The notes beneath the pieces were generated by a model. It did no database searches and was not told the origin of the DNA. It saw nothing but the letters and a program-made list of their open reading frames with translations. This document shows positions 8,494-18,061 of a stretch of DNA of 58,511 nucleotides, piece after piece. Each line of letters starts with the position of its first letter. Within the stretch, counting starts at the first letter, position 1. The position numbers and the translations under genes are program-made. Source of the stretch: Phycisphaerae bacterium (GTDB lineage: Bacteria; Planctomycetota; Phycisphaerae; UBA1845; Fen-1342); contig JASFQK010000042.1 of the NCBI GenBank assembly GCA_050115495.1, positions 1-58,511 on the forward strand. The letters are read 5' to 3'.

Positions 8494-9177
8494 CTACCGC
8501 CCAACTTCCCCCGCCGGATCGCCGTTCAATCGCCCGAAATTCGGCCGCTCCAGTCGGCGGCGCTCGCCGTCGCCGAGGACAGGCCGCGGTGGTGTGCGGC
8601 GAACACGGCGTCGCTGCGCGTCCAGGATGCGCGGCGTCGGGTGGCCAACGAGTTCGGCGGTGACGGTCCGAGCCTCGAACGTCAGGGCAAACACCGCGGC
8701 CATCGACATCTCGAAGCGGTCGGGCGTGTCCAGTTCGAGCAGGTCGACGCGCCCGGGGTGGTGCCAACGGGCGTGCGGCACGTACAGGGCCGCGCGGATG
8801 ATGGCCAGCAACGGCGAGGCGTGCCCGACGACAACCGCGCAACGCTCGTCACTCGCCAGCCAGCGGCTCAGCCAGTGCGCGTTGCGCACGTTCCCGTCGT
8901 ACAGGCATTCGGTGCGGTGCCACTCACGCAGGTCGTTCTGCTCGACCACGGGCACGCCGAGCGAACGGCGGATCCACTCGGCGGTCTGACGGGCCCGGGC
9001 CATGGGCGAGGTGTAGATGGTCGTCGCCGCAAACCGCGTCAGCGTGCGGGCCGCCTGCTGCGCCTGGAGGGTCCCCAACGCAGACAGCGGCGGTCCCGGC
9101 ACCTCGTCGCCGGCCTTGCCCATGCGATAATCCGGCAAACCGTGGCGAACCAGCAGCAATCGACGAACATCACTCAT
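8494..9177 (-). CDS. Histidine phosphatase (phosphoglycerate mutase family) protein
   Basis: LLLVRHG, IYTSPMARARQTA, DLRE and VVVGH. The upstream extension in the ORF track is REP sequence. Confidence 0.85.
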   Translation of the reverse strand: MSDVRRLLLVRHGLPDYRMGKAGDEVPGPPLSALGTLQAQQAARTLTRFAATTIYTSPMARARQTAEWIRRSLGVPVVEQNDLREWHRTECLYDGNVRNAHWLSRWLASDERCAVVVGHASPLLAIIRAALYVPHARWHHPGRVDLLELDTPDRFEMSMAAVFALTFEARTVTAELVGHPTPRILDAQRRRVRRTPPRPVLGDGERRRLERPNFGRLNGDPAGEVGR

Positions 9178-9240
9178 CAGCAACGACTCTCTGTCACGCC
9201 ATCGGCGCCCGTAGCTGCCGGGCTCCGCACCGAACGTCCC

Positions 9241-9346
9241 GTAGCGGCCGACGTCCGTGTCGGCCGTCACGTTCCAACATGCACTGGTGGGCAAGCCACC
9301 AGTGGCACCGCCACGGGTAGCGTCGGCCCCCCGTGGCCGACGTCGA
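9241..9346. repeat. Cluster of GTAG-type REP palindromes
   Basis: GTAGCGGCCGACGTCCGTGTCGGCCG (9241), GCACTGGTGGGCAAGCCACCAGTGGCACCG (9281) and GTAGCGTCGGCCCCCCGTGGCCGACG (9317). The last two recur, inverted, near 2954 and 1611/3004. Confidence 0.8.
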
Positions 9347-9384
9347 ACACCAGGCCGCGCCCGATCCGCGCAGCACAGCGCCAT

Positions 9385-9567
9385 GTGTGCCACTGCTCTT
9401 GAGCAGTGCGGCTGAACACTTCGAAGCACATTCGATTCTCGCGGACATCGCGGCTTCCAATGCACCGAAACGCCAGCTGTCACTGATCAGCAAGCGCTCC
9501 GACCATCGACTGACGCGCGCGACGGCTATCGCGCTTCGGAAGACACTGCTCAAGAGCAGTGGCACAC
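9385..9567. repeat. MITE/REPIN-like element with perfect 24-bp terminal inverted repeats
   Basis: GTGTGCCACTGCTCTTGAGCAGTG (9385-9408) and its exact reverse complement (9544-9567) flank a 135-bp interior. Confidence 0.75.
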
Positions 9568-9614
9568 CGTGGCATTACTCCCGTGACGGCGGCGCGGCCC
9601 ACTCGCAACGCCGC

Positions 9615-10340
9615 TTACGGCGCCGCGGGCTGCGTTTCCGCCGGAGCGCTGGTCGGCATTGCCGGCAGGCTCTTGATGCCGGGCAGCAGGCGCAGGCGCA
9701 CCTCGCGTTCGAGCAATTCCGGGTGCTCGCGCAGCTCCGCCGACGACAGGCGGTCTTCCTCGATCTCCGTCACGACATGTCGCAAGCCGCGGGCCATCTG
9801 GCGGAAGCCCTCCGCAAGCTGCCGGTAGTCGCCGGGCCCGGGATCGTAGCACCAACGGCCCTCCACCAACCGCAAGTCGGCGTGCACCGCCGGCAGCCGG
9901 CCGTCGACCGTGAAGGAGACGATCGCGGTCGAGCCGGTGGCCTGCTCGTCCAGGACCTCGACGTACTTGCTGAAGATGTCGAGGTAGTAGGCCCGGAAGC
10001 TCTGGTCGATGTGCTTGGCAAGTCCCTCTCCCACCTCGTCGCGGATCACCCGGCACAGCTCATCGTTCGCCGACAGAAACTCCTGCACGGCTACCAGCGT
10101 GACGACGACGTCCGCCGCCCGCTCCGGGACGATCAGCGGCTGCATGTCCTGGTAGTTCCCGGCGGCCCGCAGCTCGATGAGCCGCTCGACCGTCTGCCGG
10201 GGCGAGCCCTGCGCCGGAGTCGTCGTCGTGTTCGGCGAACGCGTGCAGCCGACCCAGCCCGACAACAGCAGCAGCGCCGCCGCCCACCACGTCAGACGGC
10301 GCGAGACCGGCGGCAGCAATGTTCGCAACCAGCGCGGCAT
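9615..10340 (-). CDS. Hypothetical lipoprotein
   Basis: Signal peptide ending LLLLSGWVGC; directly downstream of tssA; GC3-rich coding pattern. Confidence 0.7.
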   Translation of the reverse strand: MPRWLRTLLPPVSRRLTWWAAALLLLSGWVGCTRSPNTTTTPAQGSPRQTVERLIELRAAGNYQDMQPLIVPERAADVVVTLVAVQEFLSANDELCRVIRDEVGEGLAKHIDQSFRAYYLDIFSKYVEVLDEQATGSTAIVSFTVDGRLPAVHADLRLVEGRWCYDPGPGDYRQLAEGFRQMARGLRHVVTEIEEDRLSSAELREHPELLEREVRLRLLPGIKSLPAMPTSAPAETQPAAP

Positions 10341-10346
10341 GACGGT

Positions 10347-11942
10347 TCAGGACTTGGCTGCCGTGTCGAGCTTCAACGCGGCGCAGGGGTTCACACGGGC
10401 CAGCCGCCCGAATACCTGAGACTGACGCTGCAAATCCTCGGGCGTCGGCTTCGGCTTGAGCCGGCGGAGGCAATCGAAGAGGTACTGCCAGATCTCGCCG
10501 GCCAGCTCCGGCTCCCAGCGTTCGAGTGACGCTTCCTCGCTCTGCCGTTCGAGCTGCTCCAGCAATGGCATGGCCAGCGTCAGACGGTTCATGTCCATCA
10601 GCAGCCGGGCCAGGGCGACCTGCGCCCGTAACCGGTCACGGCCGGCCGCCGCCGTATCCGCGGCCTGCGATAGCCGGGCCACCGCCTCCGCCGACTTGGC
10701 CTCGCTCATGAGCTTGCGGGCGTCGGCGACGGCGGCGGATAGCGCGTCACCGCCACCCCCTCCGCCACCTCCGCCGGAACCCCCGCCGAATTCGGCGGCC
10801 AGCTCGGCGACCCAGGCCTTGGTGGCTCCGTCGGCGAACGGCGTGTGATCGCGGAAGGTCAGGTCGAACAGCTCCGGCAGCCGGGCCCGCAGCGCCGCCA
10901 CCTCGAGGGCCACAGCCTGCTGAGCCGCGGCGCAAGCCGGGCCGAGGTTCTTCAGGGCCGTACCGATGTAGCGCTGCAAGTCGAGCCACAGCGGCGAGAT
11001 GATGAACTGCCCCTCACCTTGCGACACCAATTCCGCCCAGTTGCCCTCGGTCGCCAGCTTTTCGAGGAACTGCCGGCGTTGTGGCGGCGGGCCGGGCAGC
11101 AGGCCGTCCTTCGGGGCGGCGGCCAGACCGCCGAAATGCACGGCCCGGGCCAGACGGAAGGCGCGGGCGTCCTGCTTGTTCTGGTTGAAGAGGTACTTGG
11201 CCACCTTGAGCACGGATTCGGTGGCCTGGGCGGGCGTGGCGAACGACTCGGGCATGGCCACCGGAGCTGCCGCCGGTGCCGCCGCGGACGCCGCCCCCGG
11301 TGCCGCACCAGCCGCCGCCGGAGCGGCGGGCTGCTCCGCGGGAGGGGGACCGCCCAGCGGACCGACCTTGTCCCGCAGGGCGCGCATGGCCCGCACCAGC
11401 AGCATCAGGTTCGGTGTCTCACCCAGCGGGGCGAACAGATCGGCGACCGTCTTGTCCAGTTGCTCGGTCAACTCGGCGCACTTGTGGACGGCCTCCTTGT
11501 CGTCGGCACCGGGCTCCTTGCGGCACTGCCCGGCCTTCAGCTCGACCAGCGGCAGAATGCGGTCGGCGAGGTATTGCACGGCGTTGTAGCGGCCGTGCGG
11601 CGGCTTGACCTTCGGATAGCAGCCCTCCCAGAAATTCTTGAGGAACTCGCCGTACGCTTCGAGACCGGCCGCCAGACCCTGGTAGCCGCGATGCTCGAAC
11701 AGCCCCAGCGTCAGGTAGGTGATGACCAACAGGTCTTTGGATTTGGTCCGGAGCAGCTCCGTCGCCAGGTCGACGACGACGCCCCACTCGACCTCCTCGC
11801 CGGTGAGCGAACCGATGCGGTCGAGTTGTCCCTGTAATTCCTCGAACGACGTCTCGTAGCGACACGGATCGCCCACGGGGCTGTCGCCGGCGATCGGCGC
11901 GCGACCGAGAGCTACGATTTCATCATGCTGCGGAAGTGCCAT
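10347..11942 (-). CDS. tssA: Type VI secretion protein TssA (ImpA N-terminal plus VasJ-like domains)
   Basis: PI.GDSPVG...RYE..FEEL, V.WGVV.....LL..KSKDL, FWEGCYP, PLWLDLQ, L.FRD.TPFAD and LERWEPELA. Confidence 0.88.
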   Translation of the reverse strand: MALPQHDEIVALGRAPIAGDSPVGDPCRYETSFEELQGQLDRIGSLTGEEVEWGVVVDLATELLRTKSKDLLVITYLTLGLFEHRGYQGLAAGLEAYGEFLKNFWEGCYPKVKPPHGRYNAVQYLADRILPLVELKAGQCRKEPGADDKEAVHKCAELTEQLDKTVADLFAPLGETPNLMLLVRAMRALRDKVGPLGGPPPAEQPAAPAAAGAAPGAASAAAPAAAPVAMPESFATPAQATESVLKVAKYLFNQNKQDARAFRLARAVHFGGLAAAPKDGLLPGPPPQRRQFLEKLATEGNWAELVSQGEGQFIISPLWLDLQRYIGTALKNLGPACAAAQQAVALEVAALRARLPELFDLTFRDHTPFADGATKAWVAELAAEFGGGSGGGGGGGGGDALSAAVADARKLMSEAKSAEAVARLSQAADTAAAGRDRLRAQVALARLLMDMNRLTLAMPLLEQLERQSEEASLERWEPELAGEIWQYLFDCLRRLKPKPTPEDLQRQSQVFGRLARVNPCAALKLDTAAKS

Positions 11943-12026
11943 TCGAATACCCTCGCCCAATCCACTGGGCAACACGATAGGGCAAGTCATCGGTAGCGGC
12001 AACCGGCGGCGCCGGCCGCCGGACCG

Positions 12027-13043
12027 TTACACGAAGCAGAGCAATACGAAGTGAATGGCGGCCGCCACCAGGGCCGCCGCCGGTAGCGTCAACACCCAGG
12101 CGACGACGATCTCCGAGCCGACACTCCAGCGCACGGCCGACAGGCGTCGCACCGAGCCGACGCCGAAGATCGCGCCGGTGATCGTGTGCGTCGTGCTGAC
12201 CGGAATGCCGAGAAAGGACAGGGCCAGAATGGTGGCGCCGCCGCCGGTCTCGGCACAGAAGCCGTCGATCGGCTTGAGCTTGGTGACGCGGTTGCCGAGC
12301 GTGTGGACGACCTTCCAGCCTCCGAGGTACGTGCCCAGCCCGATGGCCGCGTGACAGCTCAGGATGATCCACCAGGCCAGATGTTTGGATTCCGGGTTGC
12401 CGTCGTGGGTGGCCCAGCCCTGGAGGGCCGGCACGCTCACCAGCAAGGCGAAGATGATGCCCATGGTTTTCTGGGCGTCGTTCAGACCGTGGCTCAGGCT
12501 GTAGACCGCCGCCGACGCCAGTTGCAGCACGCGGAACAGCCGGTCGGCGCCCCGCGGCGTCTGTCGCCGGCACAGCCACAGTGTGAGCACCATGATCGAG
12601 CCGCCGAGCACCAGCCCGATCAGCGGCGAGAGCACGATGAACATGGCGACCTTCCCGAAGCTCTGCCACAGCACAGCGCCGGTCCCGGCCTTGACCATCG
12701 CCGCCCCGGCCAGAGCGCCGATCAGGGCGTGCGACACACTGATCGGCAGGCCCTTTCTGGTGCAGATGATCGTCCAGCACACCGCCGCCAGCAGCGTGGC
12801 CAGGATCAGGTGCGGATCGATGACCTGCGGGTCGACCAGGCCCTTGCCGATCGTCTTGGCGACGTGCGTCTCGAAGCCGAACGCGGCGATGAAATTGAAG
12901 GAAGCCGCCCAGATCACCGCCTTCCGCGGCGAGAGCACGCGCGTGCTGACGATGGTGGCGATCGAGTTGGCCGCGTCGTTGAGGCCGTTGCTGAAGTCGA
13001 ACAGCAGGGCAATGACGATGATGAAGATGACGTAGGTGACCAT
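12027..13043 (-). CDS. pit: Inorganic phosphate transporter, PiT family
   Basis: FDFSNGLNDAANSIAT, GLPISVSHALIG, HGLNDAQKTMG and GIPVSTTH. Confidence 0.95.
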   Translation of the reverse strand: MVTYVIFIIVIALLFDFSNGLNDAANSIATIVSTRVLSPRKAVIWAASFNFIAAFGFETHVAKTIGKGLVDPQVIDPHLILATLLAAVCWTIICTRKGLPISVSHALIGALAGAAMVKAGTGAVLWQSFGKVAMFIVLSPLIGLVLGGSIMVLTLWLCRRQTPRGADRLFRVLQLASAAVYSLSHGLNDAQKTMGIIFALLVSVPALQGWATHDGNPESKHLAWWIILSCHAAIGLGTYLGGWKVVHTLGNRVTKLKPIDGFCAETGGGATILALSFLGIPVSTTHTITGAIFGVGSVRRLSAVRWSVGSEIVVAWVLTLPAAALVAAAIHFVLLCFV

Positions 13044-13056
13044 ACGCGCAGGTGTG

Positions 13057-13680
13057 TCAGGCGTTCTTGAGCATGATGGCCCGGATCGCGTTGGCGATAT
13101 CCTCACAGCGGTCGATGGCCCGCTCCGTCAGCTCGTAGATCTCCTTCCACTTCATCACCAGCAGCGGGTCCTTCTGGGTCTCGAACAGCTCGGCCAGGGC
13201 TGCGTGGTTGTTGTCGTCCCCGACGTTTTCCAGGTGGTGAATCTCCACGAGGTGCTGGTGCAGCCCGTTCGGCTTCTTCAGGTTGCGCAGCCGGTTCACC
13301 GCATTGGCCGCCAACTGGCAGGCCTGCAGCAGCACCTCGGTCTGCTTGATCAGGGCCGCCGTCGGCGCGGGGATCTTGTACAGCGTCAGCCGTTTGGCGG
13401 CGGCGTCGATCTCGTCGACGACGTCGTCCATGCGGATCATCAGAGTCTCGATATCCTCTCGGTCGAACGGGGTGATGAATGTCTGGTCCAGACGATCGAA
13501 CGTACGGTGGGCGATCTCGTCGCCGACGTGCTCGATTCGCCGAATGCGGGCCACGTGCTCCTCGCGCCGCTCGTAGTCCCGGGCGAGCTCCACGTAGGCC
13601 TCGGCCGCCTGGACGAGAACCGCCGCCGCTTCCTCGAAGAGGTCGAAAAACACCGTATTCCTGGGAATAATACTGAACAC
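13057..13680 (-). CDS. DUF47 (PhoU-like) phosphate transport regulator
   Basis: IEHVGD, TFITPFDREDI, LENVGD and KWKEIYE...AIDRCED; adjacent to pit. Confidence 0.92.
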   Translation of the reverse strand: MFSIIPRNTVFFDLFEEAAAVLVQAAEAYVELARDYERREEHVARIRRIEHVGDEIAHRTFDRLDQTFITPFDREDIETLMIRMDDVVDEIDAAAKRLTLYKIPAPTAALIKQTEVLLQACQLAANAVNRLRNLKKPNGLHQHLVEIHHLENVGDDNNHAALAELFETQKDPLLVMKWKEIYELTERAIDRCEDIANAIRAIMLKNA

Positions 13681-13807
13681 GGCACCTTCTCCAAACCATA
13701 CCCCCTAACGCGCCCCACAACGGAAGTGCATGGAATCTTAACAATCCCCCGCGACCCGCCAAGGCGGTCCGGGCCGGTCTCTCCACAGGAAGTTCCGCCC
13801 GAGGGGC

Positions 13808-14476
13808 CTAGTCCTCGGTCTCCTGCTGGCGGTGGCGCACGATCGCCCCGGTGATCAGGTAGACGACGTCCTCGGCGATATTGGTGGCGTGGTCGGCGAT
13901 CCGCTCGAGGTTCTTGGCCACCGAGAGCAGGTCGATGTGGGCGGCGATGTGCTCCGGGGTCTTGGGCGCTGTGGCCACCACGTGCCGCACGATCTGGGCA
14001 TACAGGGCGTCGATGGCCACGTCCCGCTCGATGACCTCGCGGGCCGCGTCGGCGTTCTCCGACGAGTAGGCCTGCACCGCGTTGCGCAGCGCCCGCCGCA
14101 CCAGCGGTGCCAGCCGCTTGAGGTACTCGTTCTCCCGGGCCAGCTCCTGCACCTCCAGGTGCTGGGCTCGCTCGGCGATGTTGACGGTGCAGTCGGCGAC
14201 GCGCTCCAGGTCGTTGGTCACCTTCAGGATGGTGGTCAGCAGCCGCAGGTCGCTGCCCACCGGCTGGTACAGGGCCAGCAGCCGGATCACCTCGGCCTCG
14301 ACGGCGACCTCCTCCTCGTCGATCTCCTGGTCGCGGGCCATGACCCGCCGGGCGATCGCCTCGTCGGCCGAGAAGAGCACCTCGCTGGATTCGTGCAGCA
14401 TGTCCTCGACCTGGCTCGCCATGCGCAGCGAGCGGCGACGAAGTTGATCCAGCAGGCTGACGAAATGCACGGTCAT
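13808..14476 (-). CDS. phoU: Phosphate signalling complex protein PhoU
   Basis: LALYQPVGSDLR, DLERVAD and NLERIADHATNIAEDV. Alternative start GTG 14503. Confidence 0.95.
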   Translation of the reverse strand: MTVHFVSLLDQLRRRSLRMASQVEDMLHESSEVLFSADEAIARRVMARDQEIDEEEVAVEAEVIRLLALYQPVGSDLRLLTTILKVTNDLERVADCTVNIAERAQHLEVQELARENEYLKRLAPLVRRALRNAVQAYSSENADAAREVIERDVAIDALYAQIVRHVVATAPKTPEHIAAHIDLLSVAKNLERIADHATNIAEDVVYLITGAIVRHRQQETED

Positions 14477-14537
14477 GATGATCGCCAGTATAGAAAAGTC
14501 CACCGCTTACGCCAAGATGCGCAGCGGCGGCGCGTGA

Positions 14538-15371
14538 TCAACCGAACCGTCCGGTGATGTAGTCCTGCGTACGCTTGTTATTCGGCTTGGTGAAAATGAT
14601 GTTGGTCTTGTCGAATTCGATGAGCTCGCCCACGTACATGAACGCCGTCTGATCGGAAACGCGGGCCGCCTGCTGCATGTTGTGCGTCACGATGATGATG
14701 GTATACCGGCCGCGCAGCTCGGCGATGAGGTTCTCGATGCGGTCGGTCGCCGCCGGGTCCAGGGCGGAGGTAGGCTCGTCCATCAGCAGGAGCTCGGGCT
14801 CAACGGCCAGGGCCCGGGCGATGCACAGGCGCTGCTGCTGCCCGCCGGACAGACCCAGGGCGCTTTCGGTGAGCCGGTCGCGCACCTCGTCCCACAGGGC
14901 CGCCTGTGTCAGGCTGCGCTCGACCACCTCCGCCAGGCTACTCCGTCGGCGGACGCCGTGAATGCGCGGCCCGTAGGCGACGTTGTCGAAGATGGACTTG
15001 GGGAACGGGTTGGGCTTCTGGAAGACCATACCGACCCGCCGGCGTAGGGCCGTCACGTCGATCTGCGGACCGTAGATGTCCTCGCCGTGCAGCAGCAGCT
15101 TGCCCTTCGTGTGGCAGACGGGGATCAGGTCGTTCATGCGGTTGATGGCCCGCAGGAACGTGCTCTTGCCGCAGCCGCTCGGACCGATGATGGCCGTCAC
15201 CTCGCCGTAGGGGATGTCCAGCGTGACCTCTTTCACGGCCGCCGTATCCCGGTAATACACCGAGAAGTGCTGGGCGCGCACGTGCCAGCGCGGCTCGACG
15301 GCCGCCGTTTCGTCTTCCACCGCCGAGCGTGGCGGCGGACTCACTTCCGGTGCCCGCAGTTGCATCTGCAT
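14538..15371 (-). CDS. pstB: Phosphate ABC transporter ATP-binding protein
   Basis: [46 protein letters not shown] and YITGRFG. Confidence 0.97.
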   Translation of the reverse strand: MQMQLRAPEVSPPPRSAVEDETAAVEPRWHVRAQHFSVYYRDTAAVKEVTLDIPYGEVTAIIGPSGCGKSTFLRAINRMNDLIPVCHTKGKLLLHGEDIYGPQIDVTALRRRVGMVFQKPNPFPKSIFDNVAYGPRIHGVRRRSSLAEVVERSLTQAALWDEVRDRLTESALGLSGGQQQRLCIARALAVEPELLLMDEPTSALDPAATDRIENLIAELRGRYTIIIVTHNMQQAARVSDQTAFMYVGELIEFDKTNIIFTKPNNKRTQDYITGRFG

Positions 15372-15376
15372 TCCGC

Positions 15377-16723
15377 TTATCCCGTCAGCTTGCGGGCGAT
15401 GCGCGCCCGCAGGATGATCGCCGCTCCGTTCAGCAACAGCACCAGCATGATCAGCGTCAGCACCATTCCGTACTGCACGTGGCGGATTTCGTCCACCGCC
15501 TCATGCTCGCTACACAGGTTATAGATGTTCCACGGCAGCGCCGGCGTCGGCTGCGACAGCGTGTCGAGCAGGCCCAGCGGTTTGCCCACGCTCACCGCCG
15601 CCGTGAAGATGATCGGCGCCGTTTCACCCGCCGCACGGCCCATACTGATCACGATCCCGGTCAGCACACCCGGCAGTGCCGCCGGCAGGATCACCGTCAG
15701 CACGGTGTGCCACTTGCCCGACCCGAGGCTGAGGGCCGCCTCCTTGTACGTCTGCGGGACGGCCCGAATGGCCTCCTCCGAAGCCCGGATCACCGTCGGC
15801 AGAATCAGCAGCGCCAGCGTCAGCGAGCCGGCCAGTACGCTCTTCGACGGCGAAACGTGCAGCGTGTTGATGAAAAAGGCCAGCCCGAACATGCCAAACA
15901 CGATGCTCGGCACGCCGGCCAGCGTGCTGATGCAACTGCGCAGCAGCCCGATCATCGGGGTCGGCCGGGCATACTCCACCAGGTAGACCGCCGAAATCAC
16001 CCCCATCGGCACCGCGAACAGCACCGCCCCCAGCGTCAGGTACAGCGTGCCCAGCATCTCCGGCCAGATCCCGCCAAAGAAGTGAGCGTCGAGCGAGCCG
16101 TCGAACAGGAACTGCCAGTAGACGGTCCAGCGCGGCCGCAGCATGGGCTCGGCCTTCTCGCCGATATAAGCGAACAGCGGCTCGAGTGACGTGCCCTTGA
16201 ACTCCCCGACGCGCGGCACCTCGGCCCGCTGGAGCGACGACGACGGTGTGGGCCCCGGCACCCACTCTTCCATGTAGAGCACCTGGCGAAGCTTGATCTG
16301 CGCGCGGTCCCAGCGGGGTTGCCCATACCGGTTGCGCAGCAGCGCCGGCGGCGCGTCGCCGGGAAACGGCCCCAGCAGCACGCGCAGGCTGTCCTTGAGC
16401 TGCCGCAGGGAGTCTGGATAGGCGTAGGAACTCTCCCTCGGCAGCTTGTGCTCGGTCTCGTACCGGCTGATCTCGCGGTAGACGTGGGCGCGCACGGCGG
16501 CGGCCGCCGCCACATCCGCCTCCACCGTGGCCCGGTCCCCGTGGCCGAACTGCTCGAGCATGAGGCGGCGATGCTCGACCGTGCCGCGAAAGATGAAAGC
16601 CCTCGTCCCACGGATGACGATCGGCGCCAGCAGCACGATCAGGGCCAGCGCCACCAGGGTGATCGAGAACACACCCATCCCGGTGAACGAGCGGTCCAGG
16701 ATCTTGCGCGTCGCCAGTCGCAT
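15377..16723 (-). CDS. pstA: Phosphate ABC transporter permease PstA with a large extracytoplasmic insertion
   Basis: [28 protein letters not shown] and GRAAGETAP. Confidence 0.93.
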   Translation of the reverse strand: MRLATRKILDRSFTGMGVFSITLVALALIVLLAPIVIRGTRAFIFRGTVEHRRLMLEQFGHGDRATVEADVAAAAAVRAHVYREISRYETEHKLPRESSYAYPDSLRQLKDSLRVLLGPFPGDAPPALLRNRYGQPRWDRAQIKLRQVLYMEEWVPGPTPSSSLQRAEVPRVGEFKGTSLEPLFAYIGEKAEPMLRPRWTVYWQFLFDGSLDAHFFGGIWPEMLGTLYLTLGAVLFAVPMGVISAVYLVEYARPTPMIGLLRSCISTLAGVPSIVFGMFGLAFFINTLHVSPSKSVLAGSLTLALLILPTVIRASEEAIRAVPQTYKEAALSLGSGKWHTVLTVILPAALPGVLTGIVISMGRAAGETAPIIFTAAVSVGKPLGLLDTLSQPTPALPWNIYNLCSEHEAVDEIRHVQYGMVLTLIMLVLLLNGAAIILRARIARKLTG

Positions 16724-16727
16724 CGGT

Positions 16728-17900
16728 CTATCGTCCGTGTTTGCGCGTTGAGCGGCGGATGACCTGTTCGCTGACCAGGTTACAAGCGAACGAGATGGCC
16801 AGCAGGACCAGGGCCATCGCCCAGAGCACGTGGTAGCGGGCCGAGCCGGTCACGTGGTCGGCTTCGCCCATGTCGCCGGCGATCGTCGCCGTCAGCGTTC
16901 GCACCGGTTCCAGCAGGTTGTACCAGGGCTTGGGAATCTGGCCGGCGTTGCCGGAGGCCATCCACACTACCATCGTCTCGCCCACGGCCCGCATCAGGCC
17001 GAGGATGATCGCGGCGCAGATCCCGCTGGCGGACGCCGGCAGCACCACCCGCAGGAGCGTCTCCGCTCGGGTCGAGCCCAGGGCGTAGGCCCCTTCGCGC
17101 AGCTCGCGGCCGGTGGCCTGCAAGGCATCCTCGGAGACGCTGATCACCGTCGGCAGGGCCATGAAGCCCAGAATGATCGACACGTTCAGGGCGTTCGTAC
17201 CGCTGGCGATGTGGAGGTGACCCAGCTTGAGCGCCACTCCGATCACCAGGCACGCCCCGACCGCCGCCAGCACGAGCCCCAGCGCCAGCCGTCCCGCCCC
17301 GCCCGACCGCTCCGGCAACACGTACCGCCCCAGCAGGTCGCCGAGCACGAGCGCCACCATGGCCACCAGCGGCGTGGCCACCAGGCACCAGGCCAGACAC
17401 AGGACCGGCCCGCCGCGCTCCTGGAGAAGCGGCGTGAAGACCACGAGCGCGAAGAACCCGTACGCCACGGACGGGATCGCCGCCAGAACCTCGGTCACCG
17501 GCTTGACCATCTGCCGCACCGCAAACGGCAGGATGTCGCTCATGCACACCGCCGCCGCCACGCCCAGCGGCACGGCGACCAGCGCCGCCCCGAGCGTGAC
17601 CAGTCCCGTGCCCACGAAGATGGGCAGCGCCCCGAACGAAGGTGGGTCGTGGGATGGATACCACTCTGTCCCGGTGAAGAACTCGCTGAACCCCCGCAAC
17701 TGGAAGAACGGAATGGCATCCCGGGCGATGAAGATGAAGATGAACACAACGGCCAGCGCTGAGCTCGCTGTGATCAACAGCAGGACCGCGTGTCCGATCC
17801 ACCCACCGATCCGCCGAAGCCGGCTGGCCCGCCTGCTGAGCAGGAGGCTCTGACCGTCCCGCGGCCGGTGGTCTCTCGTCGACGCGTCCGCCCAAGCCAT
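16728..17900 (-). CDS. pstC: Phosphate ABC transporter permease PstC
   Basis: FFTGTEWYP, LAAIPSVAYG, REGAYALGST and RAVGETMVV. Confidence 0.93.
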   Translation of the reverse strand: MAWADASTRDHRPRDGQSLLLSRRASRLRRIGGWIGHAVLLLITASSALAVVFIFIFIARDAIPFFQLRGFSEFFTGTEWYPSHDPPSFGALPIFVGTGLVTLGAALVAVPLGVAAAVCMSDILPFAVRQMVKPVTEVLAAIPSVAYGFFALVVFTPLLQERGGPVLCLAWCLVATPLVAMVALVLGDLLGRYVLPERSGGAGRLALGLVLAAVGACLVIGVALKLGHLHIASGTNALNVSIILGFMALPTVISVSEDALQATGRELREGAYALGSTRAETLLRVVLPASASGICAAIILGLMRAVGETMVVWMASGNAGQIPKPWYNLLEPVRTLTATIAGDMGEADHVTGSARYHVLWAMALVLLAISFACNLVSEQVIRRSTRKHGR

Positions 17901-18018
17901 GATCGTCCTCGGCTGCTCCCTGCTGCGCGCCGTCGCCCGCCGGTATCCCGTCCAGTTCCGCCTGCATGGCCGCGAGCCGGCCGGCCGGCCCGAGACCCTT
18001 CACTCTTACCCCGGGCGG

Positions 18019-18034
18019 GTTAAGACTTCGTTAA
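18019..18034 (-). promoter_or_regulatory. Putative Pho box upstream of pstC
   Basis: TTAAC-N6-TTAAC direct repeat with 11-bp period on the coding strand. Confidence 0.6.
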
Positions 18035-18061
18035 CAATCCGGCCCCCGAAAAACCCGGCCG

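Noticed and set aside
7090..9402. Long alternative-frame ORFs (e.g. 7090..9402, 4364..5908, 22556..24187, 38791..40284)
   Set aside because: They are Arg/Pro/Ala-rich shadow frames overlapping well-supported genes, as expected at this GC content.
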